Source: an uncultured Chloroflexia bacterium (GTDB lineage Bacteria; Chloroflexota; Limnocylindria; Limnocylindrales; CSP1-4). From it: a stretch of 64,000 nt of DNA. Each line of letters opens with the position of its first letter. The stretch's first letter is position 1. The stretch covers positions 288,001-352,000 of the forward strand of contig CAWHXD010000007.1 of the NCBI GenBank assembly GCA_963833225.1, read 5' to 3'. Under the pieces are notes generated by a model. That model saw only the letters and a list, made by a program, of their open reading frames with translations, was not told the origin of the DNA and did not search any database. The position numbers and the translations under genes are program-made. Of this stretch, positions 41,410 through 51,194 are shown piece by piece.

Positions 41410-42174
41410 ATGGCACCGCCGATGGCAAGCCTGCTGGAGCCGATCGACACCTCCGACCGCGAGGGCGCGTCGATCGAGATCAGTCGACGGCTCCTCGACT
41501 ACCTCCTGTCGGGCCGCGTGCAGCCTGGTGAGCGCCTGCCGGCGGAACGCAAGCTCGCGGAGATGTTCGGGGTCGGCCGCTCGGTCATCCGCGAGGCCCT
41601 CAAGTCGCTCACTCTCCTTGGACTTCTCGAGGTCCGCCTCGGCGATGGGACCTACGTGAAGCGCACCGACGCCGGGGTGCTTCCGCAGACCATCGACTGG
41701 GGCCTCGTGATCGGGACCGACCACGTGTACGACCTCGCGGAGGCGCGGCGGGGGCTCGAGGTGATCCTGGCGGGTCTCGCGGCCGAGCGCCGGGACAAGG
41801 CCGTCGTCGACGACCTCCATCTGCTGCTTGCGGCCGCAGAGCAAGGGCGCGGTGACGAGGTGCGCTTTCGCGCGGCCAAAGCGGCGATTCTCCGCCGCAT
41901 CGGCGACGTGGCCGACAACGAGGTGCTCAGCGCCGCCCTGAGGACCATCCGTTCGCTGCTCCAAGTCTGGTTGACGCGGCTGCCTCACACCGAGGCGCGG
42001 TCCTCAGCCTCGCTGGCTGCGCTCGAATCCACCGTCGATGCGATCGAGCGCGGCGATGGCGAGGGCGCCCGGACGGCGATGGCGAACTATGTTGACATCA
42101 TCAGCAGCGGGCTCATGGAGATCCTCCCCGAGAGGCCTATTGCAATGAGGGCGGGCGGAGCCGAGAACGGCTGA
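41410..42174 (+). CDS. FadR/GntR-family transcriptional regulator
   Basis: GERLPAERKLAEMFGVGRSVIREALKSL...GDGTYV; FCD-like C-terminus lacking the usual His residues. Confidence 0.9.
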   Translation: MAPPMASLLEPIDTSDREGASIEISRRLLDYLLSGRVQPGERLPAERKLAEMFGVGRSVIREALKSLTLLGLLEVRLGDGTYVKRTDAGVLPQTIDWGLVIGTDHVYDLAEARRGLEVILAGLAAERRDKAVVDDLHLLLAAAEQGRGDEVRFRAAKAAILRRIGDVADNEVLSAALRTIRSLLQVWLTRLPHTEARSSASLAALESTVDAIERGDGEGARTAMANYVDIISSGLMEILPERPIAMRAGGAENG

Positions 42175-42199
42175 TGCTCAAGCGCGAGCAGGCCTGACG

Positions 42200-43312
42200 A
42201 TGCCCGACCTGTGGGGCGAGCCGGTGGCCCGCGAGGAGTTGCTGCGGCGTCTTGGGAGTCTGGACCAGCTCGCAGGCATCCGGCTCGCCACCCTTGGCGA
42301 CGCCCGCGAGCGCGGAGTCAGGGTGCTCGAAGTCCGCACCGGCCGGCTGTCCTTCGACATCCTGGTGGACCGGTCGTTCGACATCGGACGCTGCGACTAC
42401 GGCGGGCTCCCGATCGCGTGGGTCTCACCAGCGGGGATCATCGGCCCCTGGTATGCCGAGCAGACGGAGTGGGGGTGGCTGCGGACGTTCGGGGGAGGCC
42501 TCCTCGCGACCTGTGGACTTGACCATGCGCAAGGCCCGGGCGTTGACAACGTTCCGCACGCCTACGCACCAGATCTCGCGACCGAGTCGTATGGGCTCCA
42601 TGGACGCGTCGGCACCATCCCCGCCCGCCTGGCCGGGTATGGAACCCGCTGGGAGGATGATCGGTGCACGTTCTGGGCGGAAGGCGAGGTCAGCCAGGTC
42701 GCGTTCTACGGTGAGCGGCTGGTGCTCCGACGCCGGATTGAGGCGGACCTTGGCGGGACGCGGATCCGGATCCGCGACGAGGTTGAGAATGTCGGCTTCA
42801 TGCCCTGGACCCATATGCAGCTGTACCACTGCAACATCGGATGGCCGATCGTAGACGAGGGTGCGGAGCTCCTGCTGCCCGCCACGACGGTCCGGGAGAT
42901 CCACGATGACCCGCCCGGCGAGTACCGGCGAGTTGGCGCTCCCGAGCGTGGCGGCGTGGAGCGTGTCTACGAGCATGACCTGGCGGCCGGAGCGGACGGC
43001 GGCGTGAGCGTTGCCGTCCTCAACCGGGCGCGGCGCCTCGGCTTCGTCCAGCGCTTCCGCCGGGATCAGCTTCCCATCCACAACCTGTGGCGGATGCCAG
43101 CAGAGGGCTTCTATGCCCTGGGGCTGGAACCGGCGACAAACCGCGATGCGGGTCGGTGGGATGCGCGCGCTCGGGCGGAGCTCCTCATGCTTGACCCAGG
43201 CGAGATCCGGCGCTACGACCTCGGATTCGAGGTGATCGAGGGAGACTCCGAGCTCGACGCCGTAGCCCAGGAGATCGCCGCGCAGGCAAGCGAGGCCGCG
43301 CCCCGCTCCTAG
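42200..43312 (+). CDS. Aldose 1-epimerase-like (DUF4432-type) protein
   Basis: GVRVLEVRTG, LVDRSFDI, WLRTFGGGLLATCGL, LHGR, LYHCNIGWP, YALGLEP. Confidence 0.82.
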   Translation: MPDLWGEPVAREELLRRLGSLDQLAGIRLATLGDARERGVRVLEVRTGRLSFDILVDRSFDIGRCDYGGLPIAWVSPAGIIGPWYAEQTEWGWLRTFGGGLLATCGLDHAQGPGVDNVPHAYAPDLATESYGLHGRVGTIPARLAGYGTRWEDDRCTFWAEGEVSQVAFYGERLVLRRRIEADLGGTRIRIRDEVENVGFMPWTHMQLYHCNIGWPIVDEGAELLLPATTVREIHDDPPGEYRRVGAPERGGVERVYEHDLAAGADGGVSVAVLNRARRLGFVQRFRRDQLPIHNLWRMPAEGFYALGLEPATNRDAGRWDARARAELLMLDPGEIRRYDLGFEVIEGDSELDAVAQEIAAQASEAAPRS

Positions 43313-43423
43313 TGTGGCGCAAGCGGAAGTCCGGTGAGCCTGGTCATCAAGGACGGGCGATGACGACCGACGTCGGCTGACGCCCATCGACACCCCGAGT
43401 CGACCGATGGCGCCGGATTCGCA

Positions 43424-43479
43424 TTGACTTTGCCCACCGCGTCGGATACGGTGATGGAGTTGGTCCACCGGTGTACCAA
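43424..43479 (+). promoter_or_regulatory. Sigma70-type promoter plus near-perfect palindromic operator
   Basis: TTGACT (43424-29), 17 bp, TACGGT (43447-52); TTGGTCCACCGGTGTACCAA (43460-79). Confidence 0.78.
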
Positions 43480-43625
43480 TCACCTGCTGCCATCTCCGCA
43501 GGGAGGTAGCTCATCGCGCTGATCACCGTGCTCGAGGTCGTGTCTTCGAGTGGGCCAATTGGGCCCGACGAGGAGGCGAACCACCAGGAAGTGGCGTCCC
43601 ACGCGTTCCAGAGGAGACAGTTGGA

Positions 43626-44768
43626 ATGGCCAACGAAGAGAACGTCGGGAAACTGGAAGAGCAGTTTCTCAAGGGGGCGATCACGCGCCGCCAGTTCGTG
43701 AACCGCGCCATCATTGCCGGCGCGTCGCTGTCCGTGGTGGGCTCGATCGTGGCCGCATGCGATGCGGCAACGGCGACCGCCGCGCCCGGCGGGGCCGCCT
43801 CGGCAGGTGCGGAGCCGACGGGAGCTGCAGCCGCATCCGGGTCGTGCGGGGCGGTCTCGATCTTGGGGAACAAGAAGCCCCAGTTCGGGTGGGCGATCGG
43901 GCTGAGCGACAATCCGATCATCACCACGATGCAGAAGACGATGCTCTCCTTTGCTGGCGAGATGGGCTGGGAGCCGCAGTGGGACTCCGGCACCAATGCC
44001 AACATCCAGCAGATGATCCCGGCTGTCCAGGCTTGGATCACCGCGGGCGTACCCGTGCTGTTCGTCGCGGCCTTCGAGCCCAGCGCGTTCGTCCCGCTCA
44101 TGGAACAGGCACACGAGAAAGGCCTCGCGTGGGTCACCTACGTCAGCCCCATGGACGGTGAAGACGCCGAGGTCGCCTTCCCGCCGTGCAACGCGGCCGA
44201 ACTGATTGCTGAAGCGACCGTCAAGTGGATCAAGGAGAACAACCCGACCGCGAAGGTCCTCATCACGTCGTCGCCCCGCCAGCCGCTTGTCGCTTGCAAG
44301 TGGGAGCGTGTGCAGCAGGTCATCGAGGAGCAGACGGAGGCAGAGGTCGTCGCCGTGCTGGAGGGCAATACTCGCGCCCTCGCCCTTCAGGTCACGCAGG
44401 CTCAACTGCAGGCTCACCCCGACCTCAGTGTCGTGATCGGCACCAACGATGACGCCGCGATGGGCGCGGTGTCCGCGTTCGAGGCGGTCGGGGCGCCGAA
44501 GGACAAGATCTGTGTCGCGGGCTTTGACGGCGCCGAAGACGCGATGCGCGAGCTCAAGGGCGGCGGCTACATGAAGTTCGACGCGGCCCTGAACCTGAAG
44601 CGACTCGCCCAGAAGATGGTCATGGGAGCCATGTACCTCGGCAAGACGGGCCGTCCCGGTCTGCAGCCGTCCGGGGAACCGTTGGTCTTCGTTGAGGAGC
44701 CGATCCTCGTGTACAAGGACTCGCCGGAGCTGGACGACATCATCGCGTTCTACAATTCCGCCAAGTAG
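43626..44768 (+). CDS. Monosaccharide ABC transporter (CUT2, RbsB-like) substrate-binding protein; Tat lipoprotein
   Basis: ITRRQF twin-arginine signal, VAAC lipobox, LQAHPDL, TNDDAAMGA, VAGFDG. Confidence 0.88.
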   Translation: MANEENVGKLEEQFLKGAITRRQFVNRAIIAGASLSVVGSIVAACDAATATAAPGGAASAGAEPTGAAAASGSCGAVSILGNKKPQFGWAIGLSDNPIITTMQKTMLSFAGEMGWEPQWDSGTNANIQQMIPAVQAWITAGVPVLFVAAFEPSAFVPLMEQAHEKGLAWVTYVSPMDGEDAEVAFPPCNAAELIAEATVKWIKENNPTAKVLITSSPRQPLVACKWERVQQVIEEQTEAEVVAVLEGNTRALALQVTQAQLQAHPDLSVVIGTNDDAAMGAVSAFEAVGAPKDKICVAGFDGAEDAMRELKGGGYMKFDAALNLKRLAQKMVMGAMYLGKTGRPGLQPSGEPLVFVEEPILVYKDSPELDDIIAFYNSAK

Positions 44769-44794
44769 ACGCTGCCCAGACCAGTGTTCGATCA

Positions 44795-46345
44795 GTGACA
44801 GAAGTAGCGCTGGCAGCCAAGGGCCTCAGCAAGGCCTACGGCGCAAAGCGTGTCCTTGAGGGTGTGGACCTGGTGGTCGAGACCGGCCAGATCCACGCCC
44901 TTCTGGGGCCGAATGGATCCGGGAAGTCCACCCTGATCCGTTGCCTGAGCGGTGCCATCGCCCCGGACTCCGGGATCATCGAGGTTGGGGGCGTTGAGCA
45001 CCGCGAGTTTGCCCCTCGGGCCGCGATCGCGGCGGGGACATCGGTCATCTACCAGCACTTCAGCCTGGTGCCGAACCTCTCCGTCGCCGACAACGTCTTC
45101 CTGGGGGACGAGCGCCGAACGGGCTTGAGAATCGACCACGCCAAGCAGGACGCGGAGACGGCGCGACTCCTCGAGCAGTTCGGGCGCTCAATCCGGCCGA
45201 GGACGCTGGTCAGCTCCCTCAGCGTCGGTGATCGACAGCTCGTCGAAATCGCGAAGGCTCTCCACCGCAACCCGAAGCTGATCGTCCTCGACGAGCCAAC
45301 CGCAGCGCTGGGCGAGCAGGAGTCGAAACAGCTCCTCAACCATTTGCGCGGCCTTCGCGATGCCGGCCTTGCGATCCTCTTCGTCACCCACATCATCAGC
45401 GAGGTGTTCGCGCTCGCAGATCGGGTCACCGTCCTCCGAGACGGGCATGTCGTGCTCTCCGACGAAGTCTCGCGCGTCAACCCAGCTCAGGTCATCGCAG
45501 CGATCTCACCGGGTTCGTCCGCCGAGGGCAGGACCGATCGTGCGCCACTTGCCGACGACGAGGGAGCCGTCCTCGAACTTGACGACGTTGAGGTCGACGG
45601 CGTTGGACCCTTGAGCCTCAACGTTCGGACAGGTGAAATCATTGCCGTATTCGGTTTGCTCGGATCGGGCCGAACTGAGCTTGTCGAAGGCATCTACGGT
45701 GTGCGTCCCATCCAGCGAGGCGAGCTTCGGGTGCGCGGACGCCCCTACAAGGCGACATCGCCGCGAGCTGCGGTTCGGGCAGGGATCGTGCTGGTCGCGG
45801 GCGACCGCATTCGCCAGAGCATCTTCGACAAGCTGTCAGCCGCGGACAACCTGCTGTTGCCGCACTTCGGCGGACTCAGTCGCTGGTTTGTGCGCCGACC
45901 ACGAATGGAACGCAAGGTGTTCCGCGACACGGGGGACCTTGTCCACCTCCAGCCCAACGACCCGCGCGTGCTGGCTTGGGCCCTCTCGGGGGGGAACCAG
46001 CAGAAGGTTGCGGTGGGCCGCTGGCTGGCAGCCATCGAGGATGTGGTGGTGCTCCTGCTTGACGAGCCGACGCAGGGTATCGATGTTGGCGCCCGCCGGG
46101 ACCTGTACGAGCTTCTGCGCCGACTGGCGCACGCCGACGGCAAGGCAATCGTATTCACATCATCCGATCCCGAGGAGACGCTCGCACTGGCAGACCGGGT
46201 TCTCATCCTCCGGCACGGCAGAATCGTTGCCGAACTGCCGCGAGGCGAGTGCACTGAGCAGTTGATCCTCTCCATCGCCCATGGTGCCGAGAACATGACC
46301 GACGCCGTCATGTCCCCGTCGGCCGTGCAGGAGCCTATTACGTGA
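44795..46345 (+). CDS. Monosaccharide ABC transporter ATP-binding protein (RbsA-like, two ABC domains)
   Basis: GPNGSGKST, LDEPTAAL, LSGGNQQK, LDEPTQGIDVGA. Confidence 0.93.
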   Translation: MTEVALAAKGLSKAYGAKRVLEGVDLVVETGQIHALLGPNGSGKSTLIRCLSGAIAPDSGIIEVGGVEHREFAPRAAIAAGTSVIYQHFSLVPNLSVADNVFLGDERRTGLRIDHAKQDAETARLLEQFGRSIRPRTLVSSLSVGDRQLVEIAKALHRNPKLIVLDEPTAALGEQESKQLLNHLRGLRDAGLAILFVTHIISEVFALADRVTVLRDGHVVLSDEVSRVNPAQVIAAISPGSSAEGRTDRAPLADDEGAVLELDDVEVDGVGPLSLNVRTGEIIAVFGLLGSGRTELVEGIYGVRPIQRGELRVRGRPYKATSPRAAVRAGIVLVAGDRIRQSIFDKLSAADNLLLPHFGGLSRWFVRRPRMERKVFRDTGDLVHLQPNDPRVLAWALSGGNQQKVAVGRWLAAIEDVVVLLLDEPTQGIDVGARRDLYELLRRLAHADGKAIVFTSSDPEETLALADRVLILRHGRIVAELPRGECTEQLILSIAHGAENMTDAVMSPSAVQEPIT

Positions 46346-47376
46346 CATCAGAAGCTGCCAGCACCGAAGCCCCGCCCGCCCAGGATCAGGGTTCAGAAGC
46401 CGGTGGGAGGGCGGCCGGTAGGACCGTTCTCCTGCTCGCCATGCGCAACGCGCTCCCGGTCGGGTTCGTGCTGCTCATCGCGCTGTTCGTCGGCCTCGGC
46501 GCCCCCAACTTCCTCACGATTCCAAACTTCAGTGACATTCTCCGCCTGAGCGCCCCCATCATGGTCGTGGCGATTCCGATGGCGTTCCTGTTGATCATGG
46601 GCCACGTTGACCTTTCCGTCGGGTCCACAATTGCCCTCACGGCCGTCGTGCTGGGAATGCTCATGCGCGACTGGGGCGTACACCCGCTGTTCGCGACGTT
46701 CGCCGCGATCGGCGTCGGTGCTCTCGTGGGCCTCGCCAACGGCGTCCTGGTGACCCGGGTGGGATTGTCGCCCATCATCGTGACCCTCGGCAGCCTCACC
46801 GCGATCCGCGGCTTCGCGATGTGGCTGGCCCCGTTCCCGGTGTTTGGCTTTCCTGCCGACTTCGTCCAGCTCAGCTACACGGGCGTGTTCGGCATCCCCT
46901 TCCTCGTGGTCGGTGCCGCGATCGTGGTGGCCATTGGGGCATTCCTGCTGGCGTTGTCGGCCGTGGGGCGGCACGCCCTGGCCATCGGCGTGAACGAAGA
47001 GGCGGCCTTCCTGTCGGGCATCAGCGTCAAACGCACCGTCCTCATCGCGTATGTGGCCACGGCTGCCATGGCCGGATTCGCGGGCGCGATGTGGGCCTCG
47101 CTCCTCAACAGCGCGCCGGCCGGCTCGCTCGGAGTCGGCACCGAGCTCAGCGTCCTGACGGCCGTCTTGCTTGGCGGCGTGTCGTTCAATGGTGGCCGGG
47201 GCACCATCCGTGGGGTGGTCCTGGGCGTCCTGTTCCTCGCCGTCCTGCAGAACGGCCTGACCCTCATGAACGTCGCTGCCGCAGCGGCAGGCATTGTCCA
47301 GGGACTGGCGCTCGTCGTCGCCGCGGGCCTCGACCTGGCCACGCAGAAAGCGGAGTCCCGCATCAAGGGGCGCTGA
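46342..47376 (+). CDS. Monosaccharide ABC transporter permease (RbsC-like)
   Basis: VDLSVGS, PIIVTLG, AIGVNEEAAFLSGI, ELSVLTAVLLGGVSFNGGRG. Confidence 0.93.
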   Translation: MTSEAASTEAPPAQDQGSEAGGRAAGRTVLLLAMRNALPVGFVLLIALFVGLGAPNFLTIPNFSDILRLSAPIMVVAIPMAFLLIMGHVDLSVGSTIALTAVVLGMLMRDWGVHPLFATFAAIGVGALVGLANGVLVTRVGLSPIIVTLGSLTAIRGFAMWLAPFPVFGFPADFVQLSYTGVFGIPFLVVGAAIVVAIGAFLLALSAVGRHALAIGVNEEAAFLSGISVKRTVLIAYVATAAMAGFAGAMWASLLNSAPAGSLGVGTELSVLTAVLLGGVSFNGGRGTIRGVVLGVLFLAVLQNGLTLMNVAAAAAGIVQGLALVVAAGLDLATQKAESRIKGR

Positions 47377-47452
47377 GAATGGCGGTGATCGCGCTGCGTG
47401 GGGTGATGTCAATGGAGCGCGGTCGGACGGGCAGTCGCCGGGCGGGCTGACC

Positions 47453-47725
47453 ATGAGCCGGACAGCAGAAGGCAGGCGGCCAGTCGGCACGTGGGGATCC
47501 GGTCGGGCGGTCACGTGCCTGGTGGGGATCGGGCTCGCGTCCGCTCTGCTGGTGGGTTGTACCGACGGCTCTGGCGGCGCGGGCGCCGAGACACCCAACT
47601 TCCCGATCGAAGTCTTCGAAGGCCCGTGTCGTGCCTCAACCTGTGTCGTTGCGTCGCCCCCTCCGACGACACGGGCCGTGCCCGTCCAGCCCAGCGGATC
47701 GCCTGTCCCGCTCAAGCCGAAGTGA
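47453..47725 (+). CDS. Putative small lipoprotein
   Basis: Basic N-terminus, hydrophobic stretch and lipobox LLVGC; fills the gap within the operon; no recognisable family. Confidence 0.35.
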   Translation: MSRTAEGRRPVGTWGSGRAVTCLVGIGLASALLVGCTDGSGGAGAETPNFPIEVFEGPCRASTCVVASPPPTTRAVPVQPSGSPVPLKPK

Positions 47726-47765
47726 CCGTTCGAGGTTCGTCCAGCAGAAAGGCGCGCGGTGAATC

Positions 47766-50042
47766 ATGACCAGCAACCCGGACCGGATGTCAGATGCCCG
47801 GGGCGTCGAGTTGTATGGCTACGCGGACCGGATCTCGGCCCGCCCCGGGGACCGCATCACGCTGATGACCAGCACGAGTGCGCGTTTGATCCAGGCAGAT
47901 GTGCTCCGCTTCCTCGACGGGAGTCCAGATCCGCCGACTGCTCCCGCGCGCAGCGAGATCGTGCCCGGGCTCCGCACGGAATCCGCCGGACGTCGCCAAG
48001 GGGCACCCGTTGGGTCGAGGGCGGATCTGCCACTCCCACAGGGCTGGGACTCGGCCGGGGAGGCCACGTTGCGTGCTTGGCTGTTCGCCACGACCCCGCG
48101 TGACGGCCGCCGACAGGTCGTCGCCGCCCTCGGCGACCCGCTTGCCGAGTTACCTGAGCTGGCCGTTGCGCTTGTTGACGGGCACCTGGCGGTTGAGTCG
48201 CGCGGCACTCGCGTGGTGATGACGCAGGACCGGCTCCACCTCCGCACGTGGTACGGCATCGCGGTGCTCGTCCGTGGGCGCCAAGTTTCTCTCGTGATCA
48301 CGTCGGCGCTGGGACGGTGGTTCACCGCCGCTCACGAAGAGCGCGTCAATGGGGAGTTGGCGGCCCCGCTTGGTGGTGCGACCCTGCTACGACTCGCCGC
48401 GTGGCGTGCGGACGGCCCGTCCGAGACGCTGAATGGGAAGATCGCAGCGCCCGCGATCTCATCGGCGATCGTGAAGGACCCCATCCAGATGCTGCGTCGA
48501 GAGGCGAGCATGCCGGAACCCCTGGTCGCCGAGTGGAATCTCACCGAGGACGCCGGATCCGAACGGGTCATCGCCCCGGCCGGCGTCGCCGACGGCCGGC
48601 TGATCAATGCACCAACGCGTGCGATGACGGGGCCGTTCTGGTCCGCGCAAGAAGGGGCTGGGGGCCTGACCCGGAATCACGATGCGATCCACTTCCATAC
48701 GGACGACGTTGGCGATCTCCAGTGGACGCCGACGATGGCCCTCGACTTGCCCGATGATCTACGGTCCGGCATCTATGCCGTGCGGCTGCGAGCCGACGAC
48801 GAGGAGATGCACGTTCCATTCACGGTGACGCAGGCGGTCGAGCACGCCGATGTGGCCTTTCTCGTCCCGACGAACACCTACCTGGCCTACGCCAACCATC
48901 GCATGTTCAATGGCATGGGAACGCCGGAATTCTTTGCCTTGACCGCAGGCCACCCGGTCGTTGCCAGCGACCGCGACAAGCTCGTCCTGACCGAGTCGCA
49001 GCTGGGGCGATCACTGTACGACCTGCACGATGACGGCAGCGGAGTCTGCCTCGTTTCCTGGCACCGTCCGCTCATCAACCTGGAGCCGGCCGCGCGGGAC
49101 TTTCTCAACGCCGGCCCGCGGCACTTTGCGGCCGACTTGTACATCATCGGCTGGCTCGAGAGCACCGGATTGGACTACGCCTGCCTGACCGACGAAGACC
49201 TGCATCGGGACGGAGTGGCGGCGCTCCGTCCGTTCCGGACGCTGGTCACCGGCTCGCACCCGGAGTACTGGTCGCGGCAGATGATCGAGGGTCTCCAGCA
49301 GTACCTGCTTTCGGGCGGAAAGGTCATGTACCTGGGCGGAAACGGCTTCTACTGGGTGACCAGCTTCGCGCCTGATCTCTCCTCGATCGAGGTGCGGCGC
49401 GGCTTGGCCGGGTCGCGGGCCTGGAGCGGCGAGCCGGGCGAGTCCGTGCACGCAACCACGGCAGAGCCTGGTGGCCTCTGGCGCACCGCGGGCATCTGCC
49501 CACAGTCCATCGTCGGGGTGGGCATGGCAGCTCAGGGCTGGGGCGGCGGAGTCGGGTATCGTCGACTGCCGGACTCGCACGACCCCAGGGTCACCCAATT
49601 CTTCGATGGGATCGGGGATGATGAGGTTATCGGCAACTTCGGCTACTCCTTGTGCGGTGCCGCAGGGGACGAGGTGGATCGAATCGACTACGCGCTTGGC
49701 ACGCCCCCGCACGCCCTCCACCTCGCGACCTCCGAAACGTTGCCTGATCAGTACCAACTGACCGTCGAGGAGGTTCGCAACAACTACCCGGCGTACGGCG
49801 GCACGGTTTGCGACCAGGTTCGAAGCGACCTCGTGTGGTTCGACCTCCCCGGCGGCGGCGAAGTGTTCTCCGTCGGGTCGGTGAACTGGGCCGCGTCGCT
49901 CGGCTGGGACGCGGGCAGGAACAACGTGAACGTGCTCACGACGAATGTGCTACGCACCATGCTCGCTCGAGATCTGGTCGCTGAAAGATCGACACCTGTC
50001 GGTGCGTCGCGTGGCCCTGGCAGTGAGGGGGCGGCCAGGTGA
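47766..50042 (+). CDS. N,N-dimethylformamidase beta (large) subunit-family protein
   Basis: GYADRISARPG, NAPTRAMTGP.W, AIHFHTDD, SGIYAVRL, PTNTYLAYAN, SLYDLHDDGSGV, TGSHPEYWS, MYLGGNGFYW, VFSVGS. Confidence 0.85.
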   Translation: MTSNPDRMSDARGVELYGYADRISARPGDRITLMTSTSARLIQADVLRFLDGSPDPPTAPARSEIVPGLRTESAGRRQGAPVGSRADLPLPQGWDSAGEATLRAWLFATTPRDGRRQVVAALGDPLAELPELAVALVDGHLAVESRGTRVVMTQDRLHLRTWYGIAVLVRGRQVSLVITSALGRWFTAAHEERVNGELAAPLGGATLLRLAAWRADGPSETLNGKIAAPAISSAIVKDPIQMLRREASMPEPLVAEWNLTEDAGSERVIAPAGVADGRLINAPTRAMTGPFWSAQEGAGGLTRNHDAIHFHTDDVGDLQWTPTMALDLPDDLRSGIYAVRLRADDEEMHVPFTVTQAVEHADVAFLVPTNTYLAYANHRMFNGMGTPEFFALTAGHPVVASDRDKLVLTESQLGRSLYDLHDDGSGVCLVSWHRPLINLEPAARDFLNAGPRHFAADLYIIGWLESTGLDYACLTDEDLHRDGVAALRPFRTLVTGSHPEYWSRQMIEGLQQYLLSGGKVMYLGGNGFYWVTSFAPDLSSIEVRRGLAGSRAWSGEPGESVHATTAEPGGLWRTAGICPQSIVGVGMAAQGWGGGVGYRRLPDSHDPRVTQFFDGIGDDEVIGNFGYSLCGAAGDEVDRIDYALGTPPHALHLATSETLPDQYQLTVEEVRNNYPAYGGTVCDQVRSDLVWFDLPGGGEVFSVGSVNWAASLGWDAGRNNVNVLTTNVLRTMLARDLVAERSTPVGASRGPGSEGAAR

Positions 50043-50809
50043 GCGGCCGGCTCGCGGGTCGACGAGCTCTCATCACCGGAGCGGGGTCTGGGATCGGCGA
50101 GGCCACAGCGCTCCAGCTTGCCCGCGAAGGAGCACGGGTCGGCCTTGTCGGTCGCACCGCCTCGAAGCTCGAAGCGGTGGCCGCTGCAGTCACGTCAAGC
50201 GGCGGCACGGCGCTCGCCCTGCCGGCGGACGTGCGAGACGAGACGGCGATCGCGGCTGCGGTCACCCGTGTCGTAGATGCCTGGGGCGGGCTCGACGCGT
50301 GCGTCGCGGTCGCCGGGATCGAGCCCTGGGACTCGGGTGATGCGGCGGTCGACCGGCTGGACCTCGACGTGTGGCGCGAGGTCATCGACGTGAACCTGAC
50401 CGGGATGTTCCTGACCTGTAAGCACGCCGTTCGCGCGATGCTCGCCTCGGACGGTGGGGTGCTCGTCGTGACCGGCTCACCGACAGGCCTGTACGGGAGC
50501 GCACTCGGGCAGCACGCCTACAGCGCGAGCAAGGCGGGCTGCCATGGCCTCGCGCGCGTGATGGCGAACGAATACGCCGGCCGGGGCATCCGGGTCAATT
50601 GCGTGATCCCGGGCTTCATCGACACGCCGATCACGAGGGGTGTCTTCCGGGACCCCGCCTGGCTCCAGCGGCTGACCGCGACCATTCCCGTGGGGCGGGC
50701 GGGGGATCCGGCGGAGGTGGCGGCCCTCAACGCCTGGCTGTGCTCGGACGAAGCGTCCTACGTCGTGGGCGCTCAGATGATCGTCGACGGTGGCATGACG
50801 GCCGTCTGA
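50039..50809 (+). CDS. SDR-family oxidoreductase (paralog of 31498-32277)
   Basis: ITGAGSGIG, YSASKAG, IRVNCVIPGFIDT, VDGGMTAV. Confidence 0.93.
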   Translation: MSGRLAGRRALITGAGSGIGEATALQLAREGARVGLVGRTASKLEAVAAAVTSSGGTALALPADVRDETAIAAAVTRVVDAWGGLDACVAVAGIEPWDSGDAAVDRLDLDVWREVIDVNLTGMFLTCKHAVRAMLASDGGVLVVTGSPTGLYGSALGQHAYSASKAGCHGLARVMANEYAGRGIRVNCVIPGFIDTPITRGVFRDPAWLQRLTATIPVGRAGDPAEVAALNAWLCSDEASYVVGAQMIVDGGMTAV

Positions 50810-50982
50810 CCGGGCCAACGTCAGCACCGGCCACGCGTTGGGGCCTGCCGCCATCGGTCAGCCCGCGCCCGATGTGGTGATCGGGCGACAGGGCGGCGAG
50901 CCTGGTCAAGAAGAGGCTGACGACGGCGTCGGCCGATGCCCGTGCACCTCTCGGCGGTGACCGAGACCGTGGGTTTTTTCCG

Positions 50983-51041
50983 TTGACACCCTCCCTGGGC
51001 CGGGGGTACTGTGTCGGCAGGTTGGTCGACCGGTGCACCAA
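50983..51041 (+). promoter_or_regulatory. Sigma70-type promoter plus palindromic operator
   Basis: TTGACA (50983-88), 18 bp, TACTGT (51007-12); TTGGTCGACCGGTGCACCAA (51022-41). Confidence 0.78.
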
Positions 51042-51194
51042 TCTCGCGGCGCCCGGTCGCCGGATGAAATGGGTCTCGAACCGATCATTCCTGGCATTGG
51101 CGTCCGCAGCGGCAGGGTCATGACCGTCCTGGGGCCTATCCCGGTGGAGGATCTGGATGCGACCTCGACGGCGATGAGCTAGAGGACCCGACAG

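Noticed and set aside
50950-50980. Intrinsic terminator after the SDR
   Set aside because: The hairpin TCTCGG/CCGAGA is separated from the T tract by 7 nt, and the T tract fits better as an upstream element of the TTGACA promoter.
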